This document shows, one piece after another, positions 40,465 to 50,727 of a stretch of DNA of 64,000 bases. This DNA is from Candidatus Nomurabacteria bacterium RIFOXYB1_FULL_39_16 (GTDB lineage Bacteria > Patescibacteriota > Minisyncoccia > Phycocordibacterales > UBA9973): positions 101,644 through 165,643 of the forward strand of contig MFWB01000008.1 of assembly GCA_001787205.1 (NCBI GenBank), in the 5' to 3' direction. The notes beneath the pieces are model-generated. The model was not told the DNA's origin. It did no database searches and saw only the letters and a list, made by a program, of their open reading frames with translations. Each line of letters starts with the position of its first letter. Position 1 is the stretch's first letter. The position numbers were made by a program, and so were the translations under genes.

Positions 40465-41733
40465 ATGACTAACAGTATGAAGCAATCGCAACTTTTCACT
40501 AAAACCAGGAAAGAAGCGCCGGCAGACGAGACATCCAAGAATGCTGAGCTTTTGACTCGGGGCGGTTTTATTCATAAGGAAATGGCAGGAGTGTATTCTT
40601 TTTTACCACTCGGCTTGCGCGTTATAAACAAAGTAGAAAATATAATCAGGGAAGAAATGGATAAAATCGGGGGAACAGAAATGAGGACATCTGTGCTCCA
40701 AAATAAAGAAGTCTGGGAGAAGTCAGGTAGATGGGATGATGAAGTTGTAGACAATTGGTTTAAAACAAAATTAAAAAACGGAGGAGACGTCGGTTTGTCG
40801 TTTACGAATGAAGAAGCTTATTCAAATATTTTAAAACAATATGTGAGCTCGTATAAAGACTTGCCGATTTATCCGTACGATTTCAAAAGTATTTTCAGAA
40901 ACGAGACGAGAAGCAAATCCGGAATTATGAGAGGGAGAGAGTTTTACTGGAAAGCGCTCTATTCATTTTCTAAGAACGAAGAAGAACATAATGCTTTTTA
41001 TGAAAAGGCGAAAGTAGCTTACCAAAATATTTTTAAAAGAGCCGGAATTGGTCATCTGACTTATGTAACTTTCGCCTCGGGAGGAACTTTCTCTAAGTTT
41101 TCACACGAATTTCAAACCATAACTTCTGTCGGGGAGGACACTGTTTATTTGGATGAAGCTTCAAATGTCGCAATAAATGAAGAAGTTTACAATGACGAAG
41201 TTATCGCGGAACTCAAACTCAAAAAAGAAAATTTGATTGAAAAAAAGGCGATTGAGGTGGGAAACATTTTTTCGTTAGGAACGAAGTTTTCGGCTCCTTT
41301 TGACCTTAAATATAAAGACGAAAATGGGGAAGAGAAATTAGTGATAATGGGCAGTTATGGTATTGGTTTGGGGCGGTTGATGGGCACAGTAGTAGAGGTT
41401 CTCTCGGACGACAAGGGGATAGTTTGGCCCGAATCTATTGCTCCGTTTACTATTCATCTACTTGCCTTAGGCGACGATGAAGTGGTTATGAAAGAAGCGA
41501 ACAAAGTTTACGAGAGTCTATCTCAAGCGGGAGTGGAAGTTTTATTTGACGACCGCTCTGGGATGTCTGCCGGAGAAAAGTTTTCCGATGCGGATTTGCT
41601 TGGGATGCCTTACCGGGCCGTAGTTTCTCCAAGGAGCATCAAGGAAGGAGGGATAGAACTAAAAAAGCGCACAGAAGAAAAAGGTAAAATTGTTTCTGTC
41701 GATGAGTTGTTAACTTTATTTAAGCCTATTTAA
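40465..41733 (+). CDS. proS: Prolyl-tRNA synthetase, compact form without the editing insertion
   Basis: MKQSQLFTKTRKEAPADETSKNAELL ... and a class II core, plus a C-terminal anticodon-binding domain. 422 aa. Confidence 0.88.
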   Translation: MTNSMKQSQLFTKTRKEAPADETSKNAELLTRGGFIHKEMAGVYSFLPLGLRVINKVENIIREEMDKIGGTEMRTSVLQNKEVWEKSGRWDDEVVDNWFKTKLKNGGDVGLSFTNEEAYSNILKQYVSSYKDLPIYPYDFKSIFRNETRSKSGIMRGREFYWKALYSFSKNEEEHNAFYEKAKVAYQNIFKRAGIGHLTYVTFASGGTFSKFSHEFQTITSVGEDTVYLDEASNVAINEEVYNDEVIAELKLKKENLIEKKAIEVGNIFSLGTKFSAPFDLKYKDENGEEKLVIMGSYGIGLGRLMGTVVEVLSDDKGIVWPESIAPFTIHLLALGDDEVVMKEANKVYESLSQAGVEVLFDDRSGMSAGEKFSDADLLGMPYRAVVSPRSIKEGGIELKKRTEEKGKIVSVDELLTLFKPI

Positions 41734-41735
41734 AA

Positions 41736-42782
41736 ATGTTTGAAAAAATTTACAAATTAATTTCTAATGATATTGGCATAGACTTAGGTACTAGTAATAC
41801 CTTGGTATATTTGAAAGGTCACGGCATCGTAATCAACGAGCCTTCGGTCGTCGCGGTAAATATCAAAACCAACCAAATTCTGGCAGTGGGCACACAGGCT
41901 AAAGAAATGCTTGGTCGTACCCCAGGACATATTAAAGCCGTTCGCCCGTTGGTGGAGGGTGTTATCTCTGACTTTGAAGTCACAGAAGAAATGCTTTCTT
42001 ACTTGATAAACAAAGCGGACAAAATTTCTAAAAAGATTGCTCGACCGAGAGTCCTAGTTGGAGTACCTTCTGGCACCACGAACGTTGAGACACGCGCAGT
42101 GTACGATGCGGCTAGGTCAGCCGGTGCCAGAGAAGTTTTCTTAGTAGAGGAACCGATGGCGGCCGCTATTGGTATTCGTCTTCCGATAAATGACCCTGTC
42201 GGTTCTATGATTATAGATGTAGGTGGGGGGACTACTGATATCGCGGTTATTTCTCTGGGAGGAATCGTTAAATCAAAAAATTTGAAAATTGCCGGAGACC
42301 AACTGAATAATGACATCATTGGTTATATGCGTGATGAGTTTAAAATTCTCATCGGAGAGAGAACAGCGGAAATGGTAAAAATAGCCATCGGTTCTGCCAT
42401 TCCAGGTGAGTATATGGAGACAGAAGTGCACGGACGCGATATTTTGACGGGATTGCCCCGAGAAGTGGTGGTTACAGATTCCGATGTCAGAGAAGCGCTT
42501 GCAAGCTCCGTAAGGGGGTTGGTGGAAGGCGTAAAGGATATGTTGGAAACGACACCCCCGGAAATTTTATCCGATATTATGCACAGAGGTATTACTCTAT
42601 CGGGCGGTGGGGCTTTGCTCCCGGGACTTGACCAGCTTTTGCAAAAAGTTCTGAAAATTCCGGTTTATGTGGTAGAAGACCCTCTTTCGGCGGTAGCCCG
42701 CGGGACGGGAGTAATACTAGATGACATTCCGCTTTATAAAGATGTTTTGATTGGTAATCAAGATGAGTTACCTCCTAGATAA
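41736..42782 (+). CDS. mreB: Rod shape-determining protein MreB
   Basis: Actin-fold motifs IGIDLGTSNTLVY, VGVPSGTT and DVGGGTTDIAVIS. Confidence 0.95.
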   Translation: MFEKIYKLISNDIGIDLGTSNTLVYLKGHGIVINEPSVVAVNIKTNQILAVGTQAKEMLGRTPGHIKAVRPLVEGVISDFEVTEEMLSYLINKADKISKKIARPRVLVGVPSGTTNVETRAVYDAARSAGAREVFLVEEPMAAAIGIRLPINDPVGSMIIDVGGGTTDIAVISLGGIVKSKNLKIAGDQLNNDIIGYMRDEFKILIGERTAEMVKIAIGSAIPGEYMETEVHGRDILTGLPREVVVTDSDVREALASSVRGLVEGVKDMLETTPPEILSDIMHRGITLSGGGALLPGLDQLLQKVLKIPVYVVEDPLSAVARGTGVILDDIPLYKDVLIGNQDELPPR

Positions 42783-43575
42783 AAAAGAAAAAAGAAAAAG
42801 GTTTTTAAGAATTACGATTGGCGTGATTACTTTTCTCATACTATTTTATTTCCGGTCGGGTATTTTCGGCGGATTTTCTTCTGTTAGCCAGGGATTTTTC
42901 CGTCCTGTCTTGGTTCTGGGGAATGGCGTTGGGGGAAGGTTCAAGAATCTTGGCGCCTATTTTGCATGGAAGAATTCTCTCTCTTTGCAAAATGAAAGTT
43001 TGCAATCCCAATTAAAAGACGAAGAAACCCGAATCTTAAATTACAATGCCGTGTTGGCAGAAAATGAATCCTTAAAAGAAACTTTGGGGAGAATGAATAC
43101 AGAAAAAAGTCTGGTTTTGGCGGCGATTTTATCTAAGCCAAACCAAAGTCCCCACGATACGTTAGTGCTTGATGTGGGCACCGCGAGAGGGATAAAGGCG
43201 CGGGATATGGTTTTCGCTTTTGGCAACATCCCGATGGGACGCATCGCGGAAGTTTACGAGAATTCCTCCAAAGTGATTTTATTTTCAAATGCCGGAGAGA
43301 AAACGCAAGCAATAGTCACCACCGCCACGGCGGGGCAAGCAGACAAAAATATTTTTTTTGAATTAGTAGGACGAGGTGGAGGGAATTTTGAGATGATTTT
43401 ACCTAGAGACATTACTCTGCAAAAAGGAGATTTGGTGACAATTCCCGGGATTAACCCGTATACTTTAGCTGTCGTAGAGACAGTGATTTCTGACCCGCGC
43501 GATCCCTTTACCAAGGCCTTGCTTTCTAGTCCGGTGAATGTGCAAGAGTTGAAATTTGTAGAAGTGGAAATTTAA
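42751..43575 (+). CDS. mreC: Rod shape-determining protein MreC
   Basis: N-terminal TM, a coiled coil and a beta-rich C-terminal domain. Sits immediately after mreB. The start could be 42763. Confidence 0.7.
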   Translation: MVIKMSYLLDKKEKRKRFLRITIGVITFLILFYFRSGIFGGFSSVSQGFFRPVLVLGNGVGGRFKNLGAYFAWKNSLSLQNESLQSQLKDEETRILNYNAVLAENESLKETLGRMNTEKSLVLAAILSKPNQSPHDTLVLDVGTARGIKARDMVFAFGNIPMGRIAEVYENSSKVILFSNAGEKTQAIVTTATAGQADKNIFFELVGRGGGNFEMILPRDITLQKGDLVTIPGINPYTLAVVETVISDPRDPFTKALLSSPVNVQELKFVEVEI

Positions 43576-43576
43576 A

Positions 43577-44776
43577 GTGATTTTTAAAATTGAGAAAAAA
43601 TTAAAAGGAAGTTTGGGCAGAGTGGGAGTTTTGAGTACTCCTCATGGAGATATTTTGACTCCGGCTTTTGTGGCGGTGGGGACGAAAGCGACGGTAAAGT
43701 CTCTGAATCCTGAACAAGTAAAAGACGCTGGGACACAAGTAGTTCTTGGTAATACTTATCACTTATATCTACAACCAGGAGATGAGATAGTCCGTGAGGC
43801 GGGTGGTATTGGTAAATTTATGAATTGGTCGGGGCCTACTATGACCGACTCTGGAGGTTTCCAAGTCTTTTCTCTTGGTGCTGCTTATGGGAAAGATATT
43901 TCTAAAGTTACGAAAGTTACCGATCCATCCCTTTTAATACCCGAAAGATTTGACGATAGCGACGCGCCGAGACTGGCGAAAATAGGGCAAGACGGAGTTT
44001 CTTTCAAATCACATCTGGACGGATCCATCCACTATATTACTCCAGAGAAATCAATTCAGATTCAACACAATCTGGGTGCGGATATTATTTTCGCTTTTGA
44101 TGAATGTACCAGTCCCGCAGAGGATTTACGCTATCAAGAAGAAGCGCTGGAGCGGACGCATCGTTGGGCGGAGAGGAGTTTAGTAGAACACAAAAAATTA
44201 AATACAGAAAATAAAATTAGTTTATTTGGAATAGTGCAAGGGGGAAGAGAAGAGAGCTTGAGAAAGAAATCAGCGGAATTTATAAAAAGTTTAGATTTTG
44301 ATGGTTTTGGAATTGGGGGGAGTTTCGCGAAAGAAGATATGTCTTCCGCGGTAAAATGGGTGAATGAAATTTTGCCGGAAGAAAAGCCTCGCCACTTACT
44401 CGGGATAGGGGAGCCGGAAGATTTATTTATGGGGGTAGAAAACGGAGTGGACCTTTTTGACTGTGTGGCGCCGACAAGGCTCGGGAGAAACGGAACTATT
44501 TATACCAAGACGGGTAAAATAATAATTATGAATACGAAATTCCGAAACGATTTCAAGCCGATTGAAGAAGATTGTGAATGTTATACATGTAAAAATTATT
44601 CTCGCGCATATATCGCACATCTTTTTCATGGGAAAGAAATGTTGGCAGGCACACTGGCTTCAATTCATAACTTATATTTTATTGTTAATTTAGTTAAAAA
44701 AATAAGACAGTCAATAATGGATGACACATTCTATGAATATAAAAAAGAATTTTTGCTAAACTATAAATCCCGTTAG
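43577..44776 (+). CDS. tgt: Queuine tRNA-ribosyltransferase
   Basis: GNTYHL, FAFDEC, LLGIGEPEDL, and the zinc site CECYTCKNYSRAYIAHLF. Confidence 0.9.
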   Translation: MIFKIEKKLKGSLGRVGVLSTPHGDILTPAFVAVGTKATVKSLNPEQVKDAGTQVVLGNTYHLYLQPGDEIVREAGGIGKFMNWSGPTMTDSGGFQVFSLGAAYGKDISKVTKVTDPSLLIPERFDDSDAPRLAKIGQDGVSFKSHLDGSIHYITPEKSIQIQHNLGADIIFAFDECTSPAEDLRYQEEALERTHRWAERSLVEHKKLNTENKISLFGIVQGGREESLRKKSAEFIKSLDFDGFGIGGSFAKEDMSSAVKWVNEILPEEKPRHLLGIGEPEDLFMGVENGVDLFDCVAPTRLGRNGTIYTKTGKIIIMNTKFRNDFKPIEEDCECYTCKNYSRAYIAHLFHGKEMLAGTLASIHNLYFIVNLVKKIRQSIMDDTFYEYKKEFLLNYKSR

Positions 44777-44891
44777 AAGTACTCTTCTAATCGGGATGAA
44801 TTTAAAGATGAGTTTCTAAAAGGGTATGATAAATAATCATTGACTTTATTTTAAATATTGGTATAGTTTTGAACGGAAAGAGGAGGTTCTC

Positions 44892-45089
44892 ATGCCCAAA
44901 AGACTCGATGGTTCGTTGGTGGATGATTCACACATTCACCTTACCCCTGAAGACCTCAGGGTCATCCATCACCGGAGGGCGGTTCCGAAAAGGACCCTTC
45001 CGAAGGTTCCAACGGATGTCCCCGATCTCTCGTCTTTCGGCCCCAAGGTCGAGGACGAGTTCGGTTTCCCTGGTCCCGAGCGGGACTGA
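44892..45089 (+). CDS. Small hypothetical protein (65 aa) in GC-rich micro-island 3
   Basis: AGAGGAGG Shine-Dalgarno 6 nt upstream of the ATG. GC-rich segment about 44870-45135 in an AT-rich context. Antisense and overlapping ORFs there are probably GC-driven artefacts. Confidence 0.4.
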   Translation: MPKRLDGSLVDDSHIHLTPEDLRVIHHRRAVPKRTLPKVPTDVPDLSSFGPKVEDEFGFPGPERD

Positions 45090-45190
45090 TCTGCCACCGG
45101 GCGCGTTCGCCACCAGCGACGCGCCCAAATCCTTTTATACACTAAATTCATTGCATTTTTGAAGACACTTGTTATACTAATTTTACTTAG

Positions 45191-46585
45191 ATGCCACACA
45201 GAAAAATAAAAAAGCAGGGAAAGAATTGGAGAAAATTTTGGAAGCTCGGAGTAGATGGGTGGAATACCCAGTTTTTCGATGTGAACAAAGATGGAGAACT
45301 TGTGGCAAATGAAGGCAACCATGTTTACAACTTAAACGATCTTGCGGAAAAATATGGCACACCTCTACAAATTACTTTTCCTTTTATTATTGAAGATTTG
45401 TTAAAAGATTTGATTGGATATTTCCAAGCGTATATGAAAATATACGGATATAAAGGAAAGTTTTTTTATCATTATCCAATGAAGGTAAATCAGAATAAAG
45501 AGTTTGTTTTGCCTATTATTTCGGAAGGTGGCAATCTAGAAGTTACTTCTGCAAATGAACTTTGGATAGTTAAAAAACTTTGGGAAGATGAAAAGTTTAA
45601 CAGTAAGATTCGTGTGCTTTGTAATGGTCCAAAAACAGATCAATATCTTGATTTAATAGAAGAATTGCGCACTAAGGGTATGAATATTGTACCTATTATT
45701 GAATCCACAATGGAGATGGAAAGAATCTCTAAATATAAAGGAGATATAGGAGTAAGAGTAAATCTAGAAATAAAGACAGACACACACTGGGATAAGAAAT
45801 TTGATCTTTTTGGTCTATCTGAAAAAGATGTTTTAGATCTTTCAAAAATTAAGAATCTAAAAATCATGCATTATCATGCTGGGTCACAGATGAAATCTCA
45901 AAAAAGTATTCTTGATGCTATCAAATACGCTTTTAGTATCTATGTAAAATTACAAAAGATTCATCCTTCTTTGGACACTCTTGATATTGGCGGAGGCTTT
46001 GGTATTCCATACGAAAGAAAGAATTTTTATACAGCTAAATCTGTTTCAAGTAAAATAGTAAAAATGTTAAAAACTTTGTCAGACAAAGCAGGTGTAAAAC
46101 ATCCAAATTTAGCTATTGAATGGGGGAGATACATCGCTGCCCCAGCTCAACTTGTTATTTACAAAGTTATTTCTGAAAAAAGTATACCAAAAGCCAATGC
46201 CAGTTCGTGGTATGTTCTTGACGGTAGTTTTATGAATGATTTGAAAGATACTTGGGCTATTCACCAAAAATGGCATGTGATTCCAGTAAACAATATGCAC
46301 AATTCTTTGAAGGCTGTGTGGCTTGCTGGTAGTACTTGTGATTCTGATGATAAATATACCGATGGTGGTAATTATATTCTTATGCCAAGACTTCATGAGG
46401 ATAAAAATCAGTTTGTAGCAGTTATGGATACAGGCGCCTATCAAGAAGGATTAGCTTCACATCATTGTTTGCTTTCTGCGCCAATGAAAATTATTGTTCA
46501 AGATAGTACAGTAAAAATAATTCGTAAACACGAAACACCTGATACCATAGGCAAGCTCTTTGGTTGGAACGGGGATCATAAATAA
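45191..46585 (+). CDS. PLP-dependent decarboxylase, fold-type III (Orn/DAP/Arg decarboxylase family; arginine-decarboxylase-like)
   Basis: PLP-lysine region (YHYPMKVNQNKEFV), Gly-rich DIGGGFGIPYE and C-terminal GSTCDSDD. Confidence 0.6.
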   Translation: MPHRKIKKQGKNWRKFWKLGVDGWNTQFFDVNKDGELVANEGNHVYNLNDLAEKYGTPLQITFPFIIEDLLKDLIGYFQAYMKIYGYKGKFFYHYPMKVNQNKEFVLPIISEGGNLEVTSANELWIVKKLWEDEKFNSKIRVLCNGPKTDQYLDLIEELRTKGMNIVPIIESTMEMERISKYKGDIGVRVNLEIKTDTHWDKKFDLFGLSEKDVLDLSKIKNLKIMHYHAGSQMKSQKSILDAIKYAFSIYVKLQKIHPSLDTLDIGGGFGIPYERKNFYTAKSVSSKIVKMLKTLSDKAGVKHPNLAIEWGRYIAAPAQLVIYKVISEKSIPKANASSWYVLDGSFMNDLKDTWAIHQKWHVIPVNNMHNSLKAVWLAGSTCDSDDKYTDGGNYILMPRLHEDKNQFVAVMDTGAYQEGLASHHCLLSAPMKIIVQDSTVKIIRKHETPDTIGKLFGWNGDHK

Positions 46586-46588
46586 TCT

Positions 46589-47032
46589 ATGAAAAATTAC
46601 CTTTTGGGTTCTATTGCGCTCCTTATTTTATTTTTCTTGGGTTATCACTTTTGGACGGCCGTCAGTTTTGATAACATCAAAAATATAAAAATCGCGGGGC
46701 AGGAGATTGGAGTAGAGTTGGCCTCAACTACGACAGAGCAAAATAAAGGATTGAGTGGCAGAAGTGAGCTCCTGGAAAACTCGGGGATGCTTTTTGTTTT
46801 TGCGGAACCCGGGGAACACAGTTTCTGGATGAAGGATATGAATTTTCCGATTGACATCATCTGGCTCTCTTCAGATATGAAGGTCGTTTATATAAAAAAG
46901 AATGCGACTCCCGAGACATATCCGGAGGCTTTCACCCCCGACGTTGATGCGAAATATGTTTTAGAAATCTCTGCCGGTTTCTCCGACAAAAATGGTTTAA
47001 AGGCGGGAGATGATGCTCTATTTACTTACTAA
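46589..47032 (+). CDS. DUF192-family protein
   Basis: N-terminal TM, and the GLSGR ... MLFVF ... FWMKDMNFPIDIIWL pattern. Confidence 0.5.
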   Translation: MKNYLLGSIALLILFFLGYHFWTAVSFDNIKNIKIAGQEIGVELASTTTEQNKGLSGRSELLENSGMLFVFAEPGEHSFWMKDMNFPIDIIWLSSDMKVVYIKKNATPETYPEAFTPDVDAKYVLEISAGFSDKNGLKAGDDALFTY

Positions 47033-47057
47033 AAATTTATAGTATAATTGTCTTCAG

Positions 47058-47405
47058 TCCTGCGTTGGATAGCTACCCCGTGGTGAAAGCCATAGGGAGG
47101 AAAGTCCGAACACAGCGAGTCCCGTAAGGGATGGGAATGGTAGCGGGTAACCCCCGTGTGCAGCAATGTATAGGTGCGAGCAGAGACGCCGACGCCGAAA
47201 GGCTAGGGCCCCCTTGTTGGGGCAGTCTGATGGAGACATCAGGGTGAAACGGCTAAATCCTTACCTCTGTGCAAGATCGTGTTCCCCGACACCTGGTGTC
47301 GGGGGAAGAATCGCTTGACCCTGAGGGCAACCGAAGGGCTAGACAAATTGCTATCTCTCTTGCTTCGGCAAAAGACACAGAATTCGGCTTATAGGCGCAA
47401 GACAA
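47058..47405 (+). ncRNA. rnpB: RNase P RNA (bacterial type)
   Basis: GAGGAAAGTCCGAACACAG (P4 5' strand), GGTGAAACGGCTAAATCC and ACAGAATTCGGCTTATAG (P4 3' strand) match universally conserved RNase P blocks. GC-rich structured RNA. Boundaries are approximate. Confidence 0.85.
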
Positions 47406-47412
47406 AAACATG

Positions 47413-47441
47413 AAAAATCCTCTCGCAAGAGAGGATTTTTC
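47413..47441 (+). terminator. Intrinsic terminator after rnpB
   Basis: atcctctc gcaa gagaggat followed by ttttt. Confidence 0.8.
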
Positions 47442-47540
47442 TGCTATATAACCCTCCCACTTGCATTATTTTTAGAAGTATGCTATACTTGTGTTGTGAG
47501 TGTGAGGTTGTTTCTCACATTTTTATATAGACAACATAAG

Positions 47541-47575
47541 TGCCGCAAAAACGCCCTTCGGGGCGTTTTTGTTTT
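47541..47575. terminator. Intrinsic terminator (3' end of minus-strand gene 47594..47941; bidirectional)
   Basis: aaaacgccc ttcg gggcgtttt with flanking A and T runs. Confidence 0.7.
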
Positions 47576-47593
47576 GTGCTTTATTCAGTTTGA

Positions 47594-47941
47594 TTAGGCT
47601 GCCTTCTCTTGTTTTTTATCCTCTTTTTGGTAGTTTTTAAAACTATTCCATAAATCGATACTATCCGGAACGCGATTATTTTTTGCAAATAGTTCCATAG
47701 CCAGAATGGTTATATCACTTTTTATGTCTCTTTCCGCATTTTTTTCTTCGTTCTCACGAGCACTTATTTCAGATAATTCTTGGTGAGTCTCTCTGGTAAT
47801 TTCTCCTGTATAGTGATGACTTAATTGTTTTTTCTTTGCCGAATTGGCATGTAAACTAAATACCTCATCCACAACCCTGTTTATAGCTTTTTGTTCTTGC
47901 TCGGTGGGAGTTCTTTTAAATTTATTTTCAAATTTGTTCAT
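47594..47941 (-). CDS. Hypothetical charged protein (115 aa)
   Basis: ORF with a terminator at its 3' end. No family assigned. Confidence 0.4.
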   Translation of the reverse strand: MNKFENKFKRTPTEQEQKAINRVVDEVFSLHANSAKKKQLSHHYTGEITRETHQELSEISARENEEKNAERDIKSDITILAMELFAKNNRVPDSIDLWNSFKNYQKEDKKQEKAA

Positions 47942-47983
47942 ACATTTTAATAGCTTTTATAAAATAAACGACCTTTTTAGTTT

Positions 47984-48059
47984 TGGTGGACCCTAGGAGA
48001 CTCGAACTCCTTACCTCCTCTTTGCAAAAGAGGCGCTCTACCAGATGAGCTAAGGGCCC
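47984..48059 (-). tRNA. tRNA-Ala (anticodon UGC), CCA encoded
   Basis: Minus-strand read: gggcccttagctcatctggtagagcg cctct-tttgcaa-agagg ... ggagttcgagtctcc tagggtccacca. A G3:U70 pair is present and the anticodon is TGC. Confidence 0.9.
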
Positions 48060-48141
48060 AGATATTGATTTTTCGATAATCTCAAACCTTCTATTTACAC
48101 AAGGATATTCTATCTTATTTTACCAATAATGCAAATTTTTA

Positions 48142-49194
48142 GTGTACAATGGTCTTATGGTTTATAAATTTTTTACTAACTCGGAGAGGGCTTGGCGGGC
48201 TATGTTTGAGGCTATAAAAGATGCCGAAGAATCGGTTTATCTGGAAATGTATATTTTCACCAACGATATGATTCAATATGATTTCCTGCAACTATTGAAA
48301 AGAAAAGCAAAGAAGGGACTCCGGGTTAAAATAATCTTGGATTCTCTGGGTAGTAGGGAACTGAGCGACGACGCTATCGCAGAACTGCGAGAGGCCGGGG
48401 TAGAGCTGATTTTCTTGAGTCATTTCTTTCACCGTGCTCACCGGAAAATTCTAGTTGTGGACGAGAAGAGGGCTTTCGTTGGAGGAGTGAATATGAGCCA
48501 GAAATTCAGATTTTGGAATGACTTGGTGGCGGAAGTGAGGGGCAACAAGGGGCTCGTGCGCCACCTCATCCGGTCCTTCGCGAAAGTATACGAAGAGGGT
48601 GGAGGTAAAGATAAGGTTGTCCTGGCGAAAAATGAGCCGATTGTTCTCGACAAGACACGTACTTGGCTGGTGGAACATTTCCCGATTAAGAAAAAATTTA
48701 TTTTGAAAAAGATTTACAAGAAGCACCTCCGTGACGCGGAGAGGGAGATTATTCTTGTCACGCCATATTTTATACCCAAGCGCTGGTTATCTGGAGCGCT
48801 CCACCAGGCCGTCCTGCGGGGGGTGAGGGTGGATATATTGGTGCCGAGACACACGGACATTTTTTTCACCGAACGGGTGAACTATTTCTATATGTTCAAA
48901 CTCTCCAAGCTTGGTGTCAACTTTTATCTTGAATCGCATATGAATCACGCCAAGACCACCATCATAGATGGGAAAGAGGGAATAGTGGGCTCCAATAATT
49001 TGGATTTTTTGTCCTTTGAATTGAATTCCGAAGTGGGGATTTTCTTCAAAGATGCTAGCGCGGTGCGCAGGCTTTCGGATATTGTGAAAGAGTGGAAAAG
49101 GGGAGCGGTCCTCTTTGATTTTCGCCACCACAAGCCGAAAGTATTGGACTATATTTTGTCTCCCTTCATCAGTATTTTTACCAAAATTTTCTAA
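48142..49194 (+). CDS. Phospholipase D-family protein with two HKD motifs (ClsB/Nuc-like)
   Basis: HRKILVVDEKRAFVGGVNMS and HMNHAKTTIIDGKEGIVGSNNLD are two HxKx4D(x6)G(S/G)xN motifs. Confidence 0.7.
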   Translation: MYNGLMVYKFFTNSERAWRAMFEAIKDAEESVYLEMYIFTNDMIQYDFLQLLKRKAKKGLRVKIILDSLGSRELSDDAIAELREAGVELIFLSHFFHRAHRKILVVDEKRAFVGGVNMSQKFRFWNDLVAEVRGNKGLVRHLIRSFAKVYEEGGGKDKVVLAKNEPIVLDKTRTWLVEHFPIKKKFILKKIYKKHLRDAEREIILVTPYFIPKRWLSGALHQAVLRGVRVDILVPRHTDIFFTERVNYFYMFKLSKLGVNFYLESHMNHAKTTIIDGKEGIVGSNNLDFLSFELNSEVGIFFKDASAVRRLSDIVKEWKRGAVLFDFRHHKPKVLDYILSPFISIFTKIF

Positions 49195-49290
49195 AAAACA
49201 TTGCTCCGAACCTGGGATGATGTTCGTAAGGCCATTATAGACGAAAAATGACAACAAAGTCAATAAATTATTGTATTAATTGCTTTTTTA

Positions 49291-49614
49291 TTAAAATACC
49301 AAAATTTTATCTGAACTCTCAATCATCGCAAGTAAATCAGACATAGTGGAAATTGGACATACATTACTTTCTTCTTTTCCTCGCAACTTCATACAAGAAC
49401 CACAGGCATAGATATTGCCTTTTAAATTTTTAAACTCGGCTACTTTTACAGAAATATCAAAATCTTTAGTATCGGAGATGGTGTCTAATTCTGAACCCTC
49501 ACTCATTAAAAAAACTTCAGCTTGATGACCAGCCTTTAATGTTGTAATACCAAGACGAAATGTATTCCATACATGCTCTGGTTTATTTGATTGCAAGATA
49601 ATACCAAGTTTCAT
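49291..49614 (-). CDS. DsrE/DsrF-like small protein
   Basis: About 107 aa with a conserved Cys region (YACGSC), consistent with the DsrE/F fold. Confidence 0.4.
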   Translation of the reverse strand: MKLGIILQSNKPEHVWNTFRLGITTLKAGHQAEVFLMSEGSELDTISDTKDFDISVKVAEFKNLKGNIYACGSCMKLRGKEESNVCPISTMSDLLAMIESSDKILVF

Positions 49615-50132
49615 AAATTTATTATATCACAATTCTTTCTCATTATTTATTATTTTAGGCACAAACTCGACTTACCCCTTGATAAAGATTTAGATGTGTT
49701 TTTCTAGCTTCTCGTTATTTGAAACACCGTGATTTAGAATATTTATAATGCGTAGATAATAGGTGTTAAAATAATTTTTGTCCAAAAAAGATTTATATGC
49801 AATTAACAGTTGATTTAAATAGCGAACCCCCTTCATAAAGCATAACCCATGATACACCATTGCCTTACTTGATAATTCCTATATCAATCAGTGAAGCTCC
49901 GATACTGATCACAAGGCTGGGTGCAAGTCGAACAACATTTTCCCAGCGCTCTTTCATCAATACCTGAACCTCTCATTATTAGCCCTTACTCAAGGCCGTT
50001 TGCCTTATACACGGATATCAGTAGCGATATAAGGTTTCGTTGGAGTTTTTGATTTGAGATCCCCAAAAACAAAGATTTGTTAATGTTTTCCGTAACTTAA
50101 CCTAACTTAACGCAACATAACTTAACATAACT

Positions 50133-50351
50133 TTATTTTGAGAGAGAAGTGAATTGTCTTTCAACAACTAACTTTTCCACCTGTTGAATATATTTTAGCA
50201 TAAAAATAAACAAAAAACAAGCGAAGTTTTTTACATCAGAAATATATTGACGATTTGTATTAAATTTTTCCGCAGCTTTTTCGGATGCTTTACCTTCATT
50301 TTTATCTTTAAGGTAGTCAACTTTTTGACTACCTTTACTACCTTCTGACAT
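50133..50351 (-). CDS. Small hypothetical protein (72 aa)
   Basis: ORF in AT-rich spacer between island and flank. Confidence 0.25.
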   Translation of the reverse strand: MSEGSKGSQKVDYLKDKNEGKASEKAAEKFNTNRQYISDVKNFACFLFIFMLKYIQQVEKLVVERQFTSLSK

Positions 50352-50440
50352 ACGTTTTTTGGTTTCTTTTTCTAGTTCTACCTCTAGACGAATAGGCCAT
50401 GATTTAGCTTACCCAAAAAGTTGGGGAAGCTTTGTGGACC

Positions 50441-50719
50441 TTAAGGGAATATCCTTTTAAATAAATCTGGGTAACCCTCACTAAGTTCATTGCTTAAGCT
50501 TCTATAAAAATCATTCCATTCGTTTTCCGTCATTTTATTTGTAGACTTACCTGTTTTTACAGATATAGCAAAACCACTCCTACAATCAATTGAAATATTT
50601 AATTCCTTCTCTTTATTCATTCGTCTTACCATTGAGAAAAGACGACCTGCGTGGGTATGTGGCACTAAAGGATATTCTTGTTCTATTTTTTTAAGTTGTT
50701 CTTTAAGTTCTTCGTTCAT
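50441..50719 (-). CDS. Small hypothetical protein (92 aa), second gene of a two-gene cassette
   Basis: ORF begins 8 nt after the upstream ORF's stop. No family recognised. Confidence 0.35.
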   Translation of the reverse strand: MNEELKEQLKKIEQEYPLVPHTHAGRLFSMVRRMNKEKELNISIDCRSGFAISVKTGKSTNKMTENEWNDFYRSLSNELSEGYPDLFKRIFP

Positions 50720-50727
50720 AAATTTTT

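Noticed and set aside
40375-40575. N-terminal 67 aa of track ORF 39715..40575
   Set aside because: It overlaps proS and the REP copy 3. The HUH transposase homology begins at the internal Met (MSIREANL).
50095-50135. TAACTTAAC-like short tandem repeats
   Set aside because: It is only about four imperfect copies in very AT-rich DNA. It is noted as a possible island-boundary marker, not as a functional repeat family.
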